From: Terriglobia bacterium
Lineage (GTDB): Bacteria > Acidobacteriota > Terriglobia > JAJPHL01 > JAPKYU01
Direction of reading: 5' to 3'
DNA: 64,000 nucleotides
NCBI GenBank assembly: GCA_965206645.1
Contig: CBDBKE010000001.1
Span: 87,380-151,379 of the forward strand
Shown: one piece after another, positions 57,365 through 64,000 of the stretch
How positions within the stretch are numbered: position 1 is the stretch's first letter
How the letters are laid out: the number at the start of each line of letters is the position of its first letter
Notes under the pieces: model-generated
Seen by the model: only the letters and a program-made list of their open reading frames with translations
Database searches by the model: none
What the model was told of the DNA's origin: nothing
Translations under genes and position numbers: made by a program

Positions 57365-58765
57365 ATGAGCGCGGAAATCAAATTTGGGACTTCCGGATGG
57401 CGGGCCATCATTGCCGAGGACTTCACCCTTGCCAACGTACGCCGCGCGGTGGCAGGCATTGCCCGGTACGTGGTGGAGCATCATCAGGACGGAGCGCCAG
57501 TGCTGATTGTAGGGCGCGATCCTCGCTTCCTGGGAGAGACCTGTGCGGAGTTAGCGGCTCAGGTGGCCTCCGGCTACGGCGTCCGCTGCCTGGTTGGTCG
57601 GCAGTCGGCGCCGACACCCGCTATTTCCTTCGAAATCCGGAACCGGGGCACCGACGGCGGCATTAACTTCACGGCCTCACATAACCCGCCTGAGTATAAC
57701 GGGGTGAAATTTTCCACCTCCGACGGCGCGCCGGCCTTGCCCGAGGTGACCCACGAGGTGGAGCAACTGATTCAAGAGGGCGCAGCGCCGCGACCGGGTA
57801 CCAGCCCCGGCTCCATTGAGCCGGTGGACTTGGACCGTGCCTACCTCGAAGACCTCCGCAGCAAGGTGGACCTGGAGGCGATCCGCAAGGCGGGCTTGAA
57901 GCTGGTCTTAGATCCGCTCTACGGCGCCGCCCGTGGCTATGCGGACCGCTTGTTGCGGGACGCGGGTATTGCGGTGACCGTCCTGCATGACTGCCGCGAC
58001 GTCCTCTTTGGCGGCCACCCTCCCGAGCCCGCCGACGAATACCTGGAAGAGCTGAAGCAAGCGATGGAGGAGACCGGGGCGCAGGTAGGCCTGGCCACCG
58101 ACGGTGACGCTGACCGCTTCGGCATCATGGATGACGGCGGACACTTCATCTCGCCCAACTACATTGTCGGGCTCCTGTTTGACTACCTGGTGGAGACGCG
58201 CGGCTGGAAGCTGGGCGTGGCCAAAAGCGTGGCCACCACCAATCTGGTGAACGCGCTGTCGGAGCACCATCAGGTGCCACTCTATGAAACCCCGGTGGGC
58301 TTCAAATTCATCGGGGAGCTGATCAAAGCGGATAAGATCGTGCTGGGCGGCGAGGAGAGCGCCGGGCTGTCCATCTATCGCCACGTTCCGGAAAAGGACG
58401 GCATCCTGGCCTGCCTGCTGACGGCGGAGATGGTAGCGCGGCGCGGTGCTCCACTCCGCGAGCAGCTGGAGGAGCTGTTCCGCAAGGTCGGCGGCTTTTA
58501 CCCGCAGCGGGTCAACTTCCGGTTGCCCGAGGAGGTTAAGGCGCGGTTCCTGAGCCGCCTCCAGCAGGACCCATCCAGCTTTGCTGGTCGCAAGGTGAAA
58601 CAGATCGTGCGGCTGGACGGTTTGAAGCTGGTGCTGGAGGACGGTTCCTGGGCCTTGTTCCGCGTTTCGGGGACCGAGCCGGTCGTGCGCGTCTATGCGG
58701 AAGCTCGCGACCCTGCCGAGTTGAACGCGCTAGTCGAGGAGGGAAAAAAATTCGTATTCGCCTAG
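57365..58765 (+). CDS. Phosphoglucomutase/phosphomannomutase family protein.
   Basis: FGTSGWRA. TASHNPPEYNGVKF carries the active-site Ser. GLATDGDADR is the metal-binding loop. Confidence 0.8.
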   Translation: MSAEIKFGTSGWRAIIAEDFTLANVRRAVAGIARYVVEHHQDGAPVLIVGRDPRFLGETCAELAAQVASGYGVRCLVGRQSAPTPAISFEIRNRGTDGGINFTASHNPPEYNGVKFSTSDGAPALPEVTHEVEQLIQEGAAPRPGTSPGSIEPVDLDRAYLEDLRSKVDLEAIRKAGLKLVLDPLYGAARGYADRLLRDAGIAVTVLHDCRDVLFGGHPPEPADEYLEELKQAMEETGAQVGLATDGDADRFGIMDDGGHFISPNYIVGLLFDYLVETRGWKLGVAKSVATTNLVNALSEHHQVPLYETPVGFKFIGELIKADKIVLGGEESAGLSIYRHVPEKDGILACLLTAEMVARRGAPLREQLEELFRKVGGFYPQRVNFRLPEEVKARFLSRLQQDPSSFAGRKVKQIVRLDGLKLVLEDGSWALFRVSGTEPVVRVYAEARDPAELNALVEEGKKFVFA

Positions 58766-58815
58766 TCACGCACCCGGGGCAGCGCTGGCGCTGGTTAGCC
58801 GGTGTCGGCGGCCTG

Positions 58816-59094
58816 TTGCTGCTGTTGCTGTGCGTCCATCAGATTGTGGGAGACCACGGACACCTCAAGATGCGCCAGCGACAGAAGGAGGTGCGGCAAC
58901 TGGAGAGTGAAATCCACCACCTGCAGGGAGAGAACCAGCAACTGCAGCAACGCGTCCAGAGCTTGCGCAGCGACCCCGCCGCCATTGAACGCATCGCCCG
59001 CGAGGAGATGAAGCTGGCCCGACCGGGCGAGATCATCTTTACCCTGCCGGCCCCGACGCCCCGCGAAGCCCGCGCCCTGCCGCCGGCCCGCTGA
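58816..59094 (+). CDS. ftsB: Septum formation initiator FtsB/DivIC-like protein.
   Basis: A TM helix, a leucine-zipper coiled coil and ...AIERIAREEMKLARPGEIIF (FtsB C-terminus). TTG start, and the exact start is uncertain. Confidence 0.6.
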   Translation: MLLLLCVHQIVGDHGHLKMRQRQKEVRQLESEIHHLQGENQQLQQRVQSLRSDPAAIERIAREEMKLARPGEIIFTLPAPTPREARALPPAR

Positions 59095-59375
59095 GTTCAG
59101 CGGTCTTCATTTCTTTCCTCAGTCACTTGCTTCCCCATCTTGTGGGGGATAGGCCGGTTGCGATTTGCTCCCTTTCGTGCCAGTCTAGTGCCGTTCTACG
59201 CAGAGGAAGGGACTGATACAAGATTGCATCGCTAACCACTGCCGGGACTGCTGCCGGTCGCCGGAATTCGCTCCGGACGGGCTATAGAAGCTGATGCACG
59301 ACCTGCCTCAGCAAACGCTCTGAAGGACAACTTAACTTCCACGTAGTGCGTTGCTAAGCGCCGACAGGTAATGCG

Positions 59376-62009
59376 TTGCTAAGTGCCGAGTGCCGCCTGC
59401 GGACTGCCGACCAGAAGGTCAGCCGCGGCTATGGCTTCGCTTTCGCTGCCCTGATGTCCTCGGTGGCTGCTGTCTTCTGGCGCCACCTGTTCACTTCCGA
59501 CGTCCTGTTCTTCCGGGACGTTACCTTCACCCACTTCCCTCGAGTGGTGGAGATGCGTGCACTGGTTCGGTCCGGTCTGCTGCCCCTGTGGAATCCGTTC
59601 GAGCACTTCGGCGAGTCGGTCGTTGTCAATCCCAATTATCTGTTGTTTTATCCCACCACTTGGCTGACTTGGGTCCTGCCGGCGGCGTACGGCTTCAAGC
59701 TGCACTTCGTGTTGCATTTCTTTTTACTGGCAGTTGGTGCATTTCTGCTGGCGCGGCGGGTCGGCCTCAAGCCATTTCCCTGCTATGTGGCCGGGGCGCT
59801 GTTCGTTTTCAGCGGGCCGGTAATGTCGCTGGGCAATTTCTATAACGTTCTGCCGGCCACCGCCTGGATGCCACTGGCGGTCCTGGCCGCCGATTACCAG
59901 ATGCGCCGGGGCGGCTGGCGAGGCGCGGGACTCGTTGCGACTTGCCTGGCGCTCCAGGTGTTCGCTGGCTCACCCCTCATCAGCCTGGTCACCATTGCAT
60001 TGGTGCTCGGCTGGGCTATCGCTTTCTATGGCGACTTTGCTGCCCCCTTTTGGGCTGCCGCCAACCGCCGGCTGTTCGGCCGCTTTCTGTGGGGCCTGAT
60101 GCTGGCGGGCGGACTGGCGGCGGTGCAGGTGGTCCCGACACTGTGGCACCTGCACCATACCCAACGGGCGGGCCATTTCACCTATCAGCACAGTCTGTTC
60201 TGGTCGCTGCACCCACTGAAATTTGTCGAGATGCTCTCTCCTCAGTTCTGGGGAGACCCGTTTCTCGATGAGGGACTGCCTTGGCTCTATCTGGAAGGAC
60301 GCGAGCTGTATTTGTTTCCCTCGGTGTTCATTGGCGTAGTTCCGTTGGCTCTGGCGATGGTGGCGGTACTGGTTCGTACAGCGACAGGGGGCGAAGCCGC
60401 AACTGATGGCACCAGGGCCACGCGTCTCTGGCTAGTGGTAGGCATGGTGTCGCTGGCCCTGGCCCTGGGACGCTTCACACCTTTTGGCCTAGTGTTCTAC
60501 GACCTGATCCCTCTGTTCCGCATCTTTCGCTTTCCAGTAAAGTTCCTGGTGCCGTTCACGTTGGCGGCGACACAACTTGCGGCGCTGGGTGTCCAGTATC
60601 TGCTGCACGGACGGACTGAGGGCGCTCATGCCCGCTGGCTACGTCGTCTGAGCGTTGGACTGCTGGCGATTGGGCTGGTTTGGCTAGTCCTGACCGCCAT
60701 CCCAGTCTTCTGGCCGGGCCCGGCACGGGCCCTGGCGGGCTGGCTGACGGCGCTGAAGTTTGATCACAGCCACGCCCTACACATTCGCCAGACCTTGGGG
60801 GTGGATCGGACCGAACTGCTGGCGCGCGCCACCGACTGGTTGGTGCGAGTCATTCCCGCCCGGCTTCCTGGCGTGCTGGGGGTAGCCCTGCTGATGGCCT
60901 GTGTCTTGAGCGGTAGGCTTCGCGAGTCCTTGCGCCGACGGCTCGTACTGGTGGTGGCCACTGCTGGGATTCTTCATTTGGTTTCCGGCCACCACACGCT
61001 GAACCCGCTGGCGGACCGCCGCTTGTTCGGGGACACACCACCGGCCATGCGCTACCTGGAACCCACCCACCCGCCGGCGAGTGTGCCCGCAGTTCAGCCC
61101 CCGCCGCGCGTCTTTGTAGAGTCTCCCTATTTGCCCCGTGGCAAGATGCTGGCGGACCTGGCGGCAGTGGATTTTTTGCCCCCAGCAGCGCAAGGCCTCT
61201 ACACCTCCCGCTTAAGCCTGCAAGCTGGCACAGGCCTGCTGGGTGTGGAGAACACGTTCACGAATGACCCGGAGCGCATCTTGCCGCGGCCACAACAGTC
61301 CCTTATCCACCGGGTATACTGGCAGGGGCTATCCGGCGAGCCACTGGTGCGCCTGCTGCGCCTCGGCAGCGTGGACTATGCGTTGCTGAAGGGCCTCCCG
61401 TCGGCGGCGGGTTTGGAGTGGATTGGCTCGGCCTCGAACGCGACGACCCTGCCTGTCCGGGTCTATCGGGTTCGCGATGCACTTCCGCGGGCGTACCTAG
61501 TTCGGGAGCCGATCTTTCTTGCGCGGGGGCAACCAACGATCGCCCGGCTGCTTTCGCCCGATCATGATCCTGCGCGACAGGTTGTGCTCGAGCCCTCCGA
61601 TCCGGAACGCGCCCACGTGGCGGAGCCGGTCGGCCAGGCCGGCCCCGCTCTACAGCCTTCGGGAGAAGCCAGGCTGTTGCGCCGCGATGCCCTGCACGTA
61701 GAAGTCGCGGCCACTACCTCGGTTCCGGCCTATTTGGTGCTCACCGACAGCTACCACCCTGACTGGCAGGTCACGCTCAATGGAAAACCGGCCCCGCTGC
61801 TGCGCGCGAATCAGATGTTCCGTGCGGTGGCGCTGCCTCCCGGCACGCATCGCGTCGTCTTCCGCTACCAGCCGTTGTCATTGCAGTGGGGCGCCGCGGT
61901 CACATTGATGACGGCGCTGGCCATCGGATTGTTCGCTTGGCGCCGGCCGGGTCGACGAAATATGCCGGGTGAGGCAGTCAGTGGGAAAGGGCAAGGGAAT
62001 TCGCGCTAG
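59376..62009 (+). CDS. YfhO-family polytopic membrane protein (putative envelope glycosyltransferase or glycan-modifying protein).
   Basis: GLLPLWNPFEHFGESVVVNPNYLLFYP... is YfhO-like. About 13 TM helices and a large C-terminal extracytoplasmic domain. The true start is probably at 59454. Confidence 0.55.
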   Translation: MLSAECRLRTADQKVSRGYGFAFAALMSSVAAVFWRHLFTSDVLFFRDVTFTHFPRVVEMRALVRSGLLPLWNPFEHFGESVVVNPNYLLFYPTTWLTWVLPAAYGFKLHFVLHFFLLAVGAFLLARRVGLKPFPCYVAGALFVFSGPVMSLGNFYNVLPATAWMPLAVLAADYQMRRGGWRGAGLVATCLALQVFAGSPLISLVTIALVLGWAIAFYGDFAAPFWAAANRRLFGRFLWGLMLAGGLAAVQVVPTLWHLHHTQRAGHFTYQHSLFWSLHPLKFVEMLSPQFWGDPFLDEGLPWLYLEGRELYLFPSVFIGVVPLALAMVAVLVRTATGGEAATDGTRATRLWLVVGMVSLALALGRFTPFGLVFYDLIPLFRIFRFPVKFLVPFTLAATQLAALGVQYLLHGRTEGAHARWLRRLSVGLLAIGLVWLVLTAIPVFWPGPARALAGWLTALKFDHSHALHIRQTLGVDRTELLARATDWLVRVIPARLPGVLGVALLMACVLSGRLRESLRRRLVLVVATAGILHLVSGHHTLNPLADRRLFGDTPPAMRYLEPTHPPASVPAVQPPPRVFVESPYLPRGKMLADLAAVDFLPPAAQGLYTSRLSLQAGTGLLGVENTFTNDPERILPRPQQSLIHRVYWQGLSGEPLVRLLRLGSVDYALLKGLPSAAGLEWIGSASNATTLPVRVYRVRDALPRAYLVREPIFLARGQPTIARLLSPDHDPARQVVLEPSDPERAHVAEPVGQAGPALQPSGEARLLRRDALHVEVAATTSVPAYLVLTDSYHPDWQVTLNGKPAPLLRANQMFRAVALPPGTHRVVFRYQPLSLQWGAAVTLMTALAIGLFAWRRPGRRNMPGEAVSGKGQGNSR

Positions 62010-62017
62010 GATTTGTT

Positions 62018-63502
62018 TTGGAATTGCAGGAAAACGTCCGCTCCGCGATACTGGGGGATGTGAGCAGCGGGACCTTGGACATCAGGCCTCGGCCACTGTT
62101 AGTGCTGTTTCTGTGTGGCTTCCTGTTTCTTTTGTACAACTCCAATCTCCGCAAGCTCTCTACTGGCGATACAATTCCCACTCGCCTTCTTCCTTTTAGT
62201 CTGCTGGTGGATGGGTCCTTCTACCTGGATAAGTGGGTCGAGCCCCATCTGGAGCGTGGGCTCCTTTATGGCCCCTACTTTGCAACCGAATCCCGCGGCC
62301 ATTGGATGTCGAGCTACCCGATCCTGACCTCGCTAGTCATTACACCGCTTTACGTCGTACCTGCGTGGTGGCTCTCCCATCAACCCGATGCTGTGCCCGC
62401 TTCCACGATCTCGCTGATCGCGGACACGATGGAGAAACTCAGCGCGGGGTTGATTGCCGCCTTATCGGCGGGAGTGCTGTATCTGGCCCTGGGGAGGGTC
62501 GTCTTGCCCTCGGGCAACTTGCTGATCGCTCTGACTTACGGGATGGCCAGCAGCACCTGGAGCATCTCCAGCCAGGCTCTGTGGACCCACGGGCTGACGC
62601 AATTGGCCTTTGCGTTCCTGTTGTGGGCGCTGTTGCGCGATCCAGCGTCTTGGAACTATGGATTCTGGGTTGGCCTGGCGCTGGCGGTCGCGGTGGCCAA
62701 TAGGCCCCCGAACGCACTGCTCTTGCTGGCCGTGTTGGCTTACTTCGTTCGCCATCAGCGCAACAGGCTGGTGCTCCTGTTCGCGCCATTGTTCATCTTC
62801 GGCTTCTTGGTGCTTGCTTACAACCTGTACTTTTTTGGCAATCTGTTCGGAGCGTATTCTTCGGCTCACCGTATCATGGGTTACAGCGGCGTCTTAGATG
62901 CCTTTTCCGGCTCTCTGGGGAACGGTGCAGCCGGCCTGCTGATGAGCCCAAACAGGGGGCTGTTTACTTTCATGCCCTGGACGGTTTTCGCACTCTGGGG
63001 CGCGGTGCGGTTCTGGAAACATAACAGGTTCGGTTGGGAACCGTACGTCATCGCGGGCGTGGCCGGCACCTTTATCTTTTACGCGGGGTACGATCGCTGG
63101 TGGGGCGGCTGGTGTTTCGGTCCTCGCTACCTTACCGATTTGCTGCCCTTCCTGGCGTTTTTCTTGGTTCCGGTTTGGCCTCGGATTCGGGCTGCTCCGC
63201 TGCTACAGGTTGCTTTTACGCTGGCGATCGTGGTGGCCGTATGGGTGCAGGTGGTCGGTGTGTACCACTATCCAAGTGGACGGTGGGACATCCAACCGCT
63301 CAATGTAGATATGCATCCAGAACGCGTCTGGGACTGGCCGGACACGACAATTTCCCGCAACTGGCGGGAGGGTCCGGCAGCCCCCGATCTGTATTTACGA
63401 TGGTACCTGTATTTGGCCAAGCCGGCGCTACACGAGCCGGCTGTGGGGAAATCCCCAGGCTCGGGCCCCAGGAGCCGCATGCTGACTCGCCCGGCTCCCT
63501 AG
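62018..63502 (+). CDS. Polytopic membrane protein, putatively a GT-C-fold glycosyltransferase. Family not recognised.
   Basis: About 12 TM helices. Tightly linked, with an 8-nt gap, to the YfhO-like gene. Confidence 0.4.
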   Translation: MELQENVRSAILGDVSSGTLDIRPRPLLVLFLCGFLFLLYNSNLRKLSTGDTIPTRLLPFSLLVDGSFYLDKWVEPHLERGLLYGPYFATESRGHWMSSYPILTSLVITPLYVVPAWWLSHQPDAVPASTISLIADTMEKLSAGLIAALSAGVLYLALGRVVLPSGNLLIALTYGMASSTWSISSQALWTHGLTQLAFAFLLWALLRDPASWNYGFWVGLALAVAVANRPPNALLLLAVLAYFVRHQRNRLVLLFAPLFIFGFLVLAYNLYFFGNLFGAYSSAHRIMGYSGVLDAFSGSLGNGAAGLLMSPNRGLFTFMPWTVFALWGAVRFWKHNRFGWEPYVIAGVAGTFIFYAGYDRWWGGWCFGPRYLTDLLPFLAFFLVPVWPRIRAAPLLQVAFTLAIVVAVWVQVVGVYHYPSGRWDIQPLNVDMHPERVWDWPDTTISRNWREGPAAPDLYLRWYLYLAKPALHEPAVGKSPGSGPRSRMLTRPAP

Positions 63503-63790
63503 CTTCAATCGTTTCTCGTCAATCGCGTCACTGCCTGTCGCATGACCGCTGGGTAAGACTCGGAATTCCACCGAAATCGCTGGTGGACATTTTCTTTCCC
63601 CTCGAGCCGCGAGCCTCCCGGCATGCCTTCACGAATGCCGCCGCAAGAACAACTACAATAAGCCAGCCTTGCCACGAACTCGCTCGCCATTCGTTTGCGA
63701 AATACCACGGAAATCCACCGGACCAGAATGTATAAACACCAAATGAAAACACGCCACTTGACACATAATACGCCAGTGACCTGCCCCCGG

Positions 63791-64000
63791 TTATTGGTCC
63801 ACCTTCCATGGTAGTCCATACGCCGTTGCAGCCGGGTGGAGCGGAGCGGAACCCGGCGGTAACGGCAGGATCACTTCCGGGGCTGGCGGCCGGTAGCCCA
63901 ACGCGCTGTGCGGGCGAACTCTGTTATACTCCCGCCGCCATCCCTCAATCAACACCTTCGCTTCCCGCAAGGTGTAAAAGATCTCTCCATTCAGAAACTC
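63791..64000 (-). mobile_element. IS3-family transposase (OrfB / integrase-core C-terminus), truncated by the window edge. The IS end and inverted repeat are expected within roughly 63700..63790.
   Basis: The reverse translation EFLNGEIFYTLREAKVLIEGWRREYNRVRPHSALGYRPPAPEVILPLPPGSAPLHPAATAYGLPWKVDQ* is the hallmark IS3-family OrfB C-terminus. Confidence 0.75.

Noticed and set aside
63505-63819. ORFs 63505..63819(-) and 63528..63809(-) of 104 and 93 aa.
   Set aside because: They overlap the predicted terminal region and stop codon of the IS3-family transposase gene, have no recognisable features and are probably spurious.

Overview
This window reads as a high-GC chromosomal segment from an Acidobacteriota-like genome of the Solibacter/Bryobacter type. 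The taxon call rests on the TIGR03437 Solibacter-type C-terminal domain, the CarbopepD_reg-type TonB-dependent receptor and the many membrane+TPR proteins. It is gene-dense, with about 57 protein genes and no rRNA, tRNA or CRISPR that I could find.

Most of it is housekeeping:
- PhoD phosphatase (5' partial).
- mnmA with a cysteine desulfurase.
- A complete Tol-Pal operon in the order tolQ-tolR-tolA-tolB-pal-ybgF.
- ssb and recN.
- aroC-def-fmt-rsmB-dprA-topA.
- A FecBCD/BtuF-type ABC importer.
- A CDF transporter, a SurA-like PPIase, a Cys/Met PLP enzyme, cutA, phosphoglucomutase and ftsB.

The regions that look accessory or worth a second look are these:
- (a) An overlapping operon of a LarA-like racemase, a DUF1537 four-carbon-acid kinase and a PdxA-family dehydrogenase. 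It is fused transcriptionally to a 949-aa O-antigen-ligase/TPR/TIGR03437 protein.
- (b) A methyltransferase-rich island at 29.7-35.3 kb. It contains a tandemly duplicated membrane-anchored FkbM methyltransferase whose second copy is frameshifted at a short homopolymer.
- (c) A radical-SAM enzyme with SPASM/twitch-like C-terminal cysteines and a Pro-rich N-terminal extension. It sits beside an unknown protein and a repeat-bearing leader.
- (d) A family of short CACCTGA(C/A)-type repeats/palindromes immediately upstream of recN, aroC and fmt.
- (e) A 21-bp tandem repeat, with an in-frame ATG in each unit, at the tolA-tolB junction.
- (f) An IS3-family transposase fragment at the 3' edge, next to YfhO-like and GT-C-like envelope proteins.

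All calls are from reading the sequence and ORF translations. No database searches were run.
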